Source: a virus (Duplodnaviria > Caudoviricetes). Taken from it: a stretch of DNA of 64,000 nt. The translations under genes and the position numbers were made by a program. Positions 19,699-28,786 of the stretch are shown here, piece by piece (position 1 is the first letter of the stretch; the number at the start of each line of letters is the position of its first letter). Location: positions 10,261 through 74,260 of IMG/VR virus record IMGVR_UViG_3300044259_000056. The stretch is one strand, 5' to 3'. The notes beneath the pieces were generated by a model that did no database searches, was not told the origin of the DNA, and saw only the letters and a program-made list of their open reading frames with translations.

Positions 19699-20348
19699 TG
19701 AATCCTAATAAATTTAGTACAGCACTGAATGACTTGATTATAGATAACCTTGCTGATGTTCATACAATAATTCCAGCAAAAATCTCATCAGTTGATTATG
19801 GGTCTGGTAGAGCTTCTGTACAGCCACTAATCCAGAATTATGTTGGTGTAAATAAGATTCAAAACTATCCCCCATTGTCGGATGTCCCTTTGATGATTTT
19901 ATCAGGAAATGCAGGTAAGTCAAGCATAACATTCCCTGTCTCTGCTGGGGATACTGTTCTTGTTTTATGCTCAGAAAGAGATCCAACTAATATTTTATCA
20001 GGCACAGGGGATACGCCACAGGCACCAATAGTCACGTCACCACTTGGATTATATCCTGTAGGTATAATCCCATGTATTTATACATCAGGGTCTGCTAAAG
20101 CTATAGACAAGACTAAAGTGGTTCTTTCAAATGAGAAGGGAACTATTTCACTTTCACCAGATGGAACAATGGAATTAAAGAATAATGGTGGTAGATTAGT
20201 ATTTAATTCAGATGGTTCTTTTAATATCAATGGTCTTATTATAACACCTGATGGCCTTATTAAAGATTCTGCTGGAATACAGTTAAATACACATAAACAT
20301 TCTGGTGTCAATCCGGGTGGCAGTGAAACACAGGGGCCAGTAGCATAA
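19698..20348 (+). CDS. Baseplate central spike (gpV/gp45-like)
   Basis: OB-fold N-terminus, FPVSAGDTVLV, C-terminal HKH iron-binding motif (LNTHKHSGV). Confidence 0.85.
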   Translation: MNPNKFSTALNDLIIDNLADVHTIIPAKISSVDYGSGRASVQPLIQNYVGVNKIQNYPPLSDVPLMILSGNAGKSSITFPVSAGDTVLVLCSERDPTNILSGTGDTPQAPIVTSPLGLYPVGIIPCIYTSGSAKAIDKTKVVLSNEKGTISLSPDGTMELKNNGGRLVFNSDGSFNINGLIITPDGLIKDSAGIQLNTHKHSGVNPGGSETQGPVA

Positions 20349-20360
20349 TAAAGGGGTAAT

Positions 20361-20903
20361 ATGCCTTTTGATTTATTAATAGACCAGACAACTAATGATT
20401 TAGCTCTAGTAAATGGAGATTTAATTTTTACACAGAGCAATCCTGTTGAGGTTGGGCAGCGTGTGGCAATGAAATTGAGAACTTTCGAGGGAGAATGGTT
20501 CCTCGATACAGATTATGGCATTCCGTTTCTAGACCAGATTATTAATGCAAGAACAAAGAAAGAAGTGGATGCAATATATATTGGAGAAATAAGAGACGAG
20601 GATGGTGTAGAAAGTATCATTTCTTATTCTTCTAACCTTGATAAGAACACAAGGTCTTATGAGGCGAATGTTACTATCAGCACAGCAGATGGCATTATTG
20701 AAATACCTATATATGATTCTCCAGCGACTCAGTGGCAATATCCAATACCTTTAGTCACGGACCCATCTGCTGATTGTGGTTTCAATGCTGGCGTAGATTC
20801 AGTAGATCAACTAATAAATCTGACCAACAGACTCTTTCAGTTCATAAACATTAATGGCTTACCAGAGAGTGGAAATTCTACATGGATAAACACTTGGGCA
20901 TAA
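20361..20903 (+). CDS. Baseplate wedge / sheath initiator protein
   Basis: QRVAMKLRTFEGEWFLDTDYGIP motif. Confidence 0.75.
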   Translation: MPFDLLIDQTTNDLALVNGDLIFTQSNPVEVGQRVAMKLRTFEGEWFLDTDYGIPFLDQIINARTKKEVDAIYIGEIRDEDGVESIISYSSNLDKNTRSYEANVTISTADGIIEIPIYDSPATQWQYPIPLVTDPSADCGFNAGVDSVDQLINLTNRLFQFININGLPESGNSTWINTWA

Positions 20904-20914
20904 AGAGGAAATAA

Positions 20915-22408
20915 ATGGCAGTTACAGATTATGGTGTTTTTTCATATGGATTACAAATACCGACATTTGAGGCATGGCAACAAGAGTACTTTTCCTTAGC
21001 CAAAACCACTTTTGGCCCGGATGTTAATGTTAATACAACTTCTGCAATAGGTCAACTTCTAAGTATTCCTTGTTATCAAGACATAACTATCTGGCAAATG
21101 TTACAGTCAGTTTATGATAGTCAAACATTAAATGGTGCAGAAGGTATCTTTCTTGATGATATTCTAAGTAGACGTGGTGTCTTTAGAAAACCTGCTAGTG
21201 CGGGAACAGGCTTTGCTTTTATACAGACAAATTCAGAAGCTGCATGGACATCTTCAATTGACACAAATTATTATTTTAGTGCAAGGAATGAAAAGAATTA
21301 CAAAGTAACAACGACTTCACAGTACCGAGATAGGATTGGTGCTTATAAACTTTCTTTAACAGAATTACAAAATTCTCCTGTTTCACCTATTATATTTTAT
21401 ATGACGAATTTCACTACAGGTGAAACAAGAAGTCAAAGTATATCTAATAACTCTGCTGGGTTGATATCTCTCCGTGATTTTATTATAGAAAATATTAGAA
21501 CAGAAGACCAACCAAAAGTATTTATAAGTGCAGATATACTGTATGTAGGTTTTTCAACCAGTAATTTAGAAGATCCGAAAGGTTTAGTTTCAAGTATTTA
21601 TTTTTATGCTTCAAGGAACATTGGGAATAAATGGTCATTGTTTCCTGTTGAATGTCAAGTTACGGGTGTTTTTGATTTATTTGTTGGAGATATTATAGGC
21701 ATTACTCCAACACCTCCAATTGGATATGTATCTGTAGGAAATTTTGAAGATTTTTATTCTGGAGCATCTGTGGAAACTGATGCAGAGTATAGGGCCAGAT
21801 ATAATGCCACTGCCGATGAATCTATTTCTGCAACAAGGCCTGCTGTATATAAAGCTGTGAGTGATTTAGATGGAGTGATGAAAGTAAGGATATATGATAA
21901 TCCTACAACAACTGACCAGATTTATGCACCAAAACTTACTTTTAATACAGTAGTTTTGGGTGGTGTATCTGCTGAGATTGCTCAGACTATTTATAATAAA
22001 AAGCCTATTAATTCTCTTACATCAGGAACAGTTAGTACTACGATAAATACAGAGGATGGTGGTACAGAGGTTATTAAATACACACCAGCAGAAACTGTTT
22101 CTTATGATATAAAATTCAGATACAAAAAGGTAAATGGTCTCGCATTAACTTCAGCAGAGATATCTTCAATAAGAAAATCTATTGATGAATTAGAAGCACT
22201 ATTCCTAATAGGATCTGCAATATTTAATGCTCAGATTGAAGCAGTTATTTATAACAATACTAAATTTGGGGATATAATTTATCTTGAAACATTAACGAAG
22301 TTATCTTCTGATCCGGATACAAACTTCTCCACATCTAATATAGAGCCACAATATTTCCAAGTCGTAAATATAAACTCAGATAATATTGTATTTGAGCAGG
22401 TGGTATAA
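20915..22408 (+). CDS. Baseplate J-like wedge protein
   Basis: AEGIFLD, GASVETDAEYRAR, EIAQTIYNKKP motifs. Confidence 0.85.
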   Translation: MAVTDYGVFSYGLQIPTFEAWQQEYFSLAKTTFGPDVNVNTTSAIGQLLSIPCYQDITIWQMLQSVYDSQTLNGAEGIFLDDILSRRGVFRKPASAGTGFAFIQTNSEAAWTSSIDTNYYFSARNEKNYKVTTTSQYRDRIGAYKLSLTELQNSPVSPIIFYMTNFTTGETRSQSISNNSAGLISLRDFIIENIRTEDQPKVFISADILYVGFSTSNLEDPKGLVSSIYFYASRNIGNKWSLFPVECQVTGVFDLFVGDIIGITPTPPIGYVSVGNFEDFYSGASVETDAEYRARYNATADESISATRPAVYKAVSDLDGVMKVRIYDNPTTTDQIYAPKLTFNTVVLGGVSAEIAQTIYNKKPINSLTSGTVSTTINTEDGGTEVIKYTPAETVSYDIKFRYKKVNGLALTSAEISSIRKSIDELEALFLIGSAIFNAQIEAVIYNNTKFGDIIYLETLTKLSSDPDTNFSTSNIEPQYFQVVNINSDNIVFEQVV

Positions 22409-23043
22409 TGAACGATGTTAACCATATTAAGACTAGAGATGATCTAATTAGTGAAGCAACAGATTTACTATTAGAGCAATTTAAAAACAAAGAGATTTTT
22501 TTTAAACTTACTTATGTCATAGCTACAATGAAGCAGTATCTTTATAATGTGACAGCTTCACTTGGTTTGATAAGAACTATAGACAATGCAACAGGGGTTT
22601 TTCTTGATAATATTGGAGAAGAACTTGGTGTCCCAAGATTAACAGAAGATGATGACTCCTATAGACTTCTATTAAAAATAAGAGCATACAGAGTTAGGTC
22701 TTCTGCAACTAGACCTGAAATAATTGATCTGTTAGCTCGATTTACAGGAACTCCCTCTAATACAGTAAGAACTTATGTTGGAGATTATAAGACAGTTGAT
22801 TTAGCTTTTTACCCAAACTGTATAGACCCTTATGCTTCAGTTGAAGAACTCATAAAGATACTACCACTTGTTACTAATTACAGATTGATAGCACTTGAAG
22901 GAAGACCATTAGGTTTTTCCTCTATACATGACTCACCTAATAAAGAATATAATTTCTCCCCAATAGTAGGCTCTATTTATGATGTTTATGGAGCCAATGG
23001 ACAGGCAGGACATGTATCAAGTTTAATATCTTCTTCAATTTAA
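22408..23043 (+). CDS. Baseplate wedge protein (DUF2612-like)
   Basis: IDNATGVFLDNIGEELGVPR..DDSYRLLLK motif. Confidence 0.75.
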   Translation: MNDVNHIKTRDDLISEATDLLLEQFKNKEIFFKLTYVIATMKQYLYNVTASLGLIRTIDNATGVFLDNIGEELGVPRLTEDDDSYRLLLKIRAYRVRSSATRPEIIDLLARFTGTPSNTVRTYVGDYKTVDLAFYPNCIDPYASVEELIKILPLVTNYRLIALEGRPLGFSSIHDSPNKEYNFSPIVGSIYDVYGANGQAGHVSSLISSSI

Positions 23044-23049
23044 GAGGAA

Positions 23050-23922
23050 TTGATGTCACAACCTACTTTTTACCCAGAATGGGCAATTAATTCAGTAAAT
23101 TTACCCAGCACTGGACAGTCTAATAAATCACGCCCAAAAGAGTCCTTAAGACTTACAGGATGGGATCCGGGACAACTATTAACTGCCGAAGAATGGAATT
23201 GGCAATTTAAAAACATTTATGATTGGATTTATCATTTTAACACAGACTATTTTTTAAATGCAACAAGTTCTCCTACACCTTCAACATTAATGGAAAGAGA
23301 TAGTTATGGATCAACTAATGTTGGAAAATCTTTGGGAATTAAGCAATCTGAAGATGAATCAAAAATAGATTTTATTAACTCTAGTGATGTGTCACAAGGA
23401 AATATAACTTTCAATTTTATCTCATCCTCTACCAATATAACAAAACCAAGGTCTAATTCTTTACAAGAAACTGTCGGCAATGCTCTAGTAAGATATGATA
23501 CACTTACAACAACAGTACAAAATCAAATTTACAATACACTCGTTGGTGTTCCTATCCCTTGGCCCACAAATTCAATTCCAACAAATTTTCTAAAAATGAA
23601 TGGACAGAGTTTTAACACTTCCACATACCCTCTGTTAGCACAAAGATATCCTTCTGGTGTGCTACCAGACTTAAGAGGTGAGTTTATTAGAGGTTGGGAT
23701 GATTCCAGAGGTGTTGATTCAGGGAGAGGTTTGTTAAGTTGGCAAAACTTTGCTGTGGAAAATCACTCTCATTCTGTAGATTTGGTCAGAGGACAACTAC
23801 AATCAAATGCTGACACAAACACAAATGAGGGTGTGTGGGGGACAGGTTCTACAGGGAGTTATGGTGGAAATGAGACTAGACCTCGCAACGTTGCTTTTTG
23901 TTATGTCACACTAATAGGATAA
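23050..23922 (+). CDS. Tail fibre protein with collar domain
   Basis: N-terminal WA..P..GW..EEWNW attachment motif; collar VGVPIPWP..LPDLRGEFIRGWD; C-terminal ETRPRNVAF. Confidence 0.88.
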   Translation: MMSQPTFYPEWAINSVNLPSTGQSNKSRPKESLRLTGWDPGQLLTAEEWNWQFKNIYDWIYHFNTDYFLNATSSPTPSTLMERDSYGSTNVGKSLGIKQSEDESKIDFINSSDVSQGNITFNFISSSTNITKPRSNSLQETVGNALVRYDTLTTTVQNQIYNTLVGVPIPWPTNSIPTNFLKMNGQSFNTSTYPLLAQRYPSGVLPDLRGEFIRGWDDSRGVDSGRGLLSWQNFAVENHSHSVDLVRGQLQSNADTNTNEGVWGTGSTGSYGGNETRPRNVAFCYVTLIG

Positions 23923-23925
23923 TAT

Positions 23926-24519
23926 ATGAAATATGTTGAGTTGAAAAATGGGTTTGCTGTTGAAAATGGTTTTGTTAAAATATATCAATATCATACAGTC
24001 ACTAAAGAATTCCTAGGTAGTACAGATGAATATTTAATGATTGGAACAGGCATTCCTGCAAGCAGCACTGTTATTGCAACACCAAAATTTGAAAAAGGTT
24101 TTATTCCTATTTTTAATGAGACGGAGAAGTGTTGGAATTTATTGGAAGACCATCGTGGTGAGAAGGTTTATAATAAAACCACAGGTAAAGAAGAAATAGT
24201 AGTTAATATGGGTAAAATTGACGGTTATACAAAAATACAACCTACTACCCCTTTTGATGAGTGGAATACTGAAAGTAATACTTGGGTAACTAATACTGAA
24301 AAACAATCAATTTCAAAACAAGCTGAATTAGAAAAAACAAAACAAAATTTAAAGAATATTGCATTATCTAAAATAACTGAACTTAATTTTGCAGTAGAAT
24401 TAAATATTGCAACTAAATCTGAACTTCTCCTACTGTCTAAATTAAAAGCTTATGTTGTGGCGTTAAATAGACTAGACTTAACCTTAGAAAATATAGAGTG
24501 GCCTGACCTACCACAATAA
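23926..24519 (+). CDS. Tail fibre assembly chaperone (Tfa-like)
   Basis: TKEFLG..GIPASST..EDHRGEKVY..WP.LP motifs. Confidence 0.88.
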   Translation: MKYVELKNGFAVENGFVKIYQYHTVTKEFLGSTDEYLMIGTGIPASSTVIATPKFEKGFIPIFNETEKCWNLLEDHRGEKVYNKTTGKEEIVVNMGKIDGYTKIQPTTPFDEWNTESNTWVTNTEKQSISKQAELEKTKQNLKNIALSKITELNFAVELNIATKSELLLLSKLKAYVVALNRLDLTLENIEWPDLPQ

Positions 24520-24528
24520 TGGGGAAAT

Positions 24529-24828
24529 ATGTTATCTTATGCAATTATATGGGATGTACTAAAGGTAGCTTTTTTTCCCCTTGTTGGTGCAATTTGGGTA
24601 AGTATTACAAGGAAAATAAGCAACCTAGAAAATGGTATTGCTAGAGTAAAAGAAGAATCAACTTTATTAAAACAAGACCTCATTAGACTGGAAGAAAGAG
24701 CAGTTACTAAAGAGGAACTGCAAAAGTTATTAAATGAGTTTGAGGTGAGAATAGATAAGACAATTGCACAGAACCTAAAACCTCTAGAAGTATTGATCAA
24801 ACAAGCTATCACAAAGGATGGGGAGTAG
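24529..24828 (+). CDS. Single-TM coiled-coil protein, holin-like
   Basis: One N-terminal hydrophobic helix followed by a coiled coil; located after the fibre genes. Confidence 0.45.
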   Translation: MLSYAIIWDVLKVAFFPLVGAIWVSITRKISNLENGIARVKEESTLLKQDLIRLEERAVTKEELQKLLNEFEVRIDKTIAQNLKPLEVLIKQAITKDGE

Positions 24829-24829
24829 G

Positions 24830-25309
24830 ATGCTACTCCCAGAACAATATTTAGTAATATATTTTATAACATACTTTTTGTCAAAAGATAAAAAAGTAAG
24901 ATATCTATGTTCTTATATAACTATATGTTTTTTATTAGATGAGATAGTAAGAATTATATTTAAATCCTCATATGAATTTATAATTATTTCCTACTTAATG
25001 GAGATTATAATCGGTGTAGTGTTTATTTCTTACTGTAAAAGTGTTATGGTCAGATCCATATTATTTTTAATAGTAATTGGATACCTCTTTCATCTCTCTG
25101 TATTAACATCTATTAATTTTTTACTTTATCGTGATGATATTATATCTTACTTTTTATATGAAGTCAGTAGTAATTTAGGATATTTTTTGAATGAGATTAT
25201 TATCTCATTCTTACTTATAATTCTATCTCATTCTTATAAATATGATGCAAGGTCTTTAAGCATTTACCTTGTAATAATAACAAATTACATAAGTCTAATA
25301 TTACTTTAA
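24830..25309 (+). CDS. Multi-pass membrane protein
   Basis: About 4-5 hydrophobic segments; GGAG SD before ATG 24830. Confidence 0.6.
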   Translation: MLLPEQYLVIYFITYFLSKDKKVRYLCSYITICFLLDEIVRIIFKSSYEFIIISYLMEIIIGVVFISYCKSVMVRSILFLIVIGYLFHLSVLTSINFLLYRDDIISYFLYEVSSNLGYFLNEIIISFLLIILSHSYKYDARSLSIYLVIITNYISLILL

Positions 25310-25318
25310 GGGGGAAGT

Positions 25319-26320
25319 TTGGCTATTACTTATCCAGCCACCACCTATGAACAAGCAATAGAAATGATATTGTTTGAATCTAATCAGTTATCTAAAATTG
25401 TTAATGGAACATCTAATGAGGAGATAACACTAAATGATGAAAGTTTGATCCCATCTTTAAGAAAAATGTTCTTGGATAATTTTCATTTTAAGTCTCCAAT
25501 AGATTGGCAGGCTGGGCAAACTGCAACAATCTTTAATCAACTTTATCGCTATAATGATAGTGGTAATTATCTATTGTATTATGCACCTTTTGCTTCATCT
25601 AGTAACCCAATTACATTAGGAGTTACCCCAAGTCAGGATTTTGTTATATTTCCAAGAGAAGACTTAAGTCTTTATGCCCCATTAATGAGTCCAACATTTA
25701 CTGGTGTACCTACAGCATTAACCGCCACAAATGAAACTAATACGACACAACTAGCCACCACAGCTTTTGTGCAAAATGTAATAAATAGTACTTTTGTTGG
25801 TATACCTCTCCCTTGGCCACTATCCTCCGTACCTTCTGGGTGGCTCAGATGCAATGGGCAATCATTTAATACAATAACATACCCGCTACTTGCAATGGCA
25901 TACCCATCTGGGACACTCCCAGATCTCCGTGGAGAATTTATTCGTGGCTGGGATGATTCAAGGGGTGTTGATGGAGTCTCAGGAAGGTCATTATTATCAT
26001 GGGAACCAGCCTCATTACTTTGTACAGCGGTTGGTCCGGATGCATTACATCAAATTGTTATTGAGGGGATTACACCCAATAGCGCTACTGTAGCAGACTT
26101 TAACTCTGGGGTAGGCACAGATTTTGTTAGTGACTCAGACTATTCTAGTACATTAAAAGGGATCTCAGCAGCTTCCTCAGATTTATCATATACAGGCAAC
26201 TCCGCAGGTGTTCCTACTAGTATAGAAATGAATAGACCATTAAACTCTAACACAGGGGTACTGGTTGGTGGTATGCGTCCCCGCAACATTGCCTTTAACT
26301 ACATTGTCAGAGCAGCATAA
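25319..26320 (+). CDS. Second tail fibre (tailspike-type N-terminal head-binding region plus collar domain)
   Basis: SNQLSKIVNG..IPSLRK; APLMSPTFTGVPTA repeat; collar; C-terminal RPRNIAFNYIVRAA. Confidence 0.85.
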   Translation: MAITYPATTYEQAIEMILFESNQLSKIVNGTSNEEITLNDESLIPSLRKMFLDNFHFKSPIDWQAGQTATIFNQLYRYNDSGNYLLYYAPFASSSNPITLGVTPSQDFVIFPREDLSLYAPLMSPTFTGVPTALTATNETNTTQLATTAFVQNVINSTFVGIPLPWPLSSVPSGWLRCNGQSFNTITYPLLAMAYPSGTLPDLRGEFIRGWDDSRGVDGVSGRSLLSWEPASLLCTAVGPDALHQIVIEGITPNSATVADFNSGVGTDFVSDSDYSSTLKGISAASSDLSYTGNSAGVPTSIEMNRPLNSNTGVLVGGMRPRNIAFNYIVRAA

Positions 26321-26322
26321 AG

Positions 26323-26350
26323 AAAGCCCCTAATCTTAGGGGCTTTTATT
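26323..26350. terminator. Bidirectional terminator between convergent late and replication modules
   Basis: AAAGCCCCT-AATCTT-AGGGGCTTT with A/T tracts on both sides. Confidence 0.88.
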
Positions 26351-26357
26351 TTAACAA

Positions 26358-27110
26358 TCAGAACGGGATGTCATCATCCCAATCTCCTCTAGGTTCATCT
26401 GGTAGAGAAGAGACTTCATTTTCTTTTTTAGGAGTATCGTCTTTCTTAATTTCCCCTTTTACAGCTTTAATACTGAAAGGGACAACATTATCTAGGTAAT
26501 TATTAACAAAGTCTTCCACTTCTTGAAGGTCTTTCACATACATTGCCGCTACAGCCAGAGATTGCCCCACTGTTTGACCAATTTCATACTCTGTAAGTTC
26601 TTGGTGTTTATTTGTAAAGTTCTCCTTAACTTTTTTAGCAAGAGCTGCAAAAAACACCATTGTACCTTCAATTGTTTTTTGATCAGGCAGTTTCCCCTTA
26701 AAGAAATTAAATGCGCATGTTCGCACATTTCCTGCTTCTACCCCTGTTGTATCTTTCTTCCCACCAGATTTTTGACCCTGTTGTTGAACACTCTGATTAG
26801 CTGTTCTATTTGGCTGAGGGTGAGACTCCTGTTCTGGTGATTTCTCAATAACTGTTAAATCACTTTTCTTGGCATTTTTATATTTACCATCATCCTCATA
26901 TTTCAAGAAAATACTATCCCCCACTTTCACATCATAATACCCTTTACCTTCCTTAATAGTAAATGTTTCTCGTTTACCTCCACCAAATCCTACCCATGAA
27001 TCATCATCTAATTGAAGACTCAGACGAAAAAGATTCTGAAATTTGTCTGGTTCTGGCAATGCTTTTGCAAAGACACGTTTTACCTTACCTTGAAATGTTT
27101 TAATAGTCAT
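26358..27110 (-). CDS. Single-stranded DNA-binding protein
   Basis: OB-fold-like N-terminus and acidic C-terminal tail WDDDIPF; GGAG SD before ATG 27110. Confidence 0.7.
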   Translation of the reverse strand: MTIKTFQGKVKRVFAKALPEPDKFQNLFRLSLQLDDDSWVGFGGGKRETFTIKEGKGYYDVKVGDSIFLKYEDDGKYKNAKKSDLTVIEKSPEQESHPQPNRTANQSVQQQGQKSGGKKDTTGVEAGNVRTCAFNFFKGKLPDQKTIEGTMVFFAALAKKVKENFTNKHQELTEYEIGQTVGQSLAVAAMYVKDLQEVEDFVNNYLDNVVPFSIKAVKGEIKKDDTPKKENEVSSLPDEPRGDWDDDIPF

Positions 27111-27126
27111 ATTTATACTCTCCTGT

Positions 27127-28752
27127 TTAGTGAATCTCTGAATATTTTTTACCAAATTGTACGTCTACATCTAATTTACGTCTTAAATTGAATTCTTTAT
27201 TTACATCTTCTACTGCCCCTTTTATCAATGATTTAAATTCAGATTTAAATTTTTCTGTATCTTTAAAACTAAACATTACTTCATCATGCATCTGCAATTG
27301 TATTTTATTTACCCCGAATTTCTCTTTTTGTCTCCGTAGGATGTGTTTCAACCACATATCAAAGAAATAACTTCCTGAACCCTGACAGAGTGTTGAGAAC
27401 ACATCTTTTTTAGCTCTGATTGCATACATAAAACCATTGATAGGGTTAACTAACCAGAGTTTGTGTAAATTATTATAACCTTCTTCAGAAGGGAATTCAA
27501 CTAAAAATTGTTCTTCTGCAATTGCCTGAACAGACCAGTTAAGTTTCCAATATGATTCATGTAATAACTTACCTGTCGTTAAATCTACCCCAGCAGTCTG
27601 AGAGATTTTAGGTGCCCCGGCCCCGTACACAGCACTGTAGTTGCAATTACCAGTAATTGTTAGAACATTCCCTTGTCTAATAAGGAAATTGCCATTTTCT
27701 GTTATAAGGCAAAAAACATCTGTATCTCTAGTATATTGTTTTCTTAGACGCTGACAAGTAATATGTGGCCTACCCTGTGCACTAATTTGCATATTACTTT
27801 TACTCTTATAGCTAACAGTAGTGTTTTTCCCTGTTAAGTGTAAAGCCAATTGAATGGCATCATAAACCCTACCAAGATTTTGATAAATAATTAAAGATTT
27901 TTTACTCTTACCTTTTTCACTAGTCAATCCATCTGCTTTCCAAAAAGCATCAATAAAAGAGTGAAGAGATTCTGTATTTAGACTACAAATCCATTGGGTA
28001 TAATCAATCTCATGTTTACTCTTTAAAGGAAGTCCAACAGATTTAATAAAATTTCTTGCGTCTACTGAAGGTATTGTTAAAGAAAGAACACCATTGCTTG
28101 CCGTTATTTTATCTTCACGATAAGTTAGGTTTAGTTTTTCTAATAATTCTTTTATTTCATTTAAATATTTTTTTGGTGACTGAGCTATTGACATTCTAAC
28201 ATACTGCCGTTGTCCCATTTTGCCTTGAGAAGTTTTCTTAGTCAACTTTGAAACATGCAGATACCCATCAGATAAAATCCAACCTAATAAACGTGCTTGA
28301 TCTGGTGAAACAGAACTATCACCACCAATATACTCTCCTGTTGTAATAATATTCATATCAGAATTAACTTTATCAGTTTCTTCATAAAAAGTTTTTACCC
28401 AAGGATTAGACTTAGTTCTTACACGTTTATCCACCAACCATTTATGATTACCAGTTGACTCTACACACCATGAACGGTGTGAAAGTGTCTTTACAGGTTG
28501 ACATTCATAAAAAACTTTATCTAAGACTTTACACCAAACTTGTTTACGTTCCTTATTCAAGGACATAACATATTCACCAGACTTGATCTCATTAAAACTC
28601 TTCCAGCCATCTTGGGTTAAGACTTCAGTGTTATCAACAGGCAAACAAGATTTACCTAATTTTCTTGCTGAAGATATTCTTTCAATTATCTTCTTTTGTT
28701 CTTCTGGTGGCAATGCTTTCATTTCTTCAAAACTTAAACCTCTTTTATTCAT
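27127..28752 (-). CDS. DNA polymerase family A, C-terminal part (motifs B and C), intein-containing
   Basis: RKLGKS|intein|CNYSAVYGAG; QMHDEV; start ATG 28752 or GTG 28758. Confidence 0.92.
   Translation of the reverse strand: MNKRGLSFEEMKALPPEEQKKIIERISSARKLGKSCLPVDNTEVLTQDGWKSFNEIKSGEYVMSLNKERKQVWCKVLDKVFYECQPVKTLSHRSWCVESTGNHKWLVDKRVRTKSNPWVKTFYEETDKVNSDMNIITTGEYIGGDSSVSPDQARLLGWILSDGYLHVSKLTKKTSQGKMGQRQYVRMSIAQSPKKYLNEIKELLEKLNLTYREDKITASNGVLSLTIPSVDARNFIKSVGLPLKSKHEIDYTQWICSLNTESLHSFIDAFWKADGLTSEKGKSKKSLIIYQNLGRVYDAIQLALHLTGKNTTVSYKSKSNMQISAQGRPHITCQRLRKQYTRDTDVFCLITENGNFLIRQGNVLTITGNCNYSAVYGAGAPKISQTAGVDLTTGKLLHESYWKLNWSVQAIAEEQFLVEFPSEEGYNNLHKLWLVNPINGFMYAIRAKKDVFSTLCQGSGSYFFDMWLKHILRRQKEKFGVNKIQLQMHDEVMFSFKDTEKFKSEFKSLIKGAVEDVNKEFNLRRKLDVDVQFGKKYSEIH
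27646..28647 (-). mobile_element. Intein (334 aa) with LAGLIDADG-type endonuclease in polymerase motif B
   Basis: Starts CLPVDNTEVLT, ends ITGN, Cys at +1; LLGWILSDG and FWKADG blocks. Confidence 0.93.
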
Positions 28753-28786
28753 ATGCACTCTTCTCTATAAATAGACCAAGAAACTG

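Noticed and set aside
23539-26002. Fibre collar repeats as a diversity-generating retroelement or invertible tail-fibre switch
   Set aside because: Differences are synonymous and not adenine-specific, both copies are in coding genes on the same strand, and no reverse transcriptase or invertase is in the window
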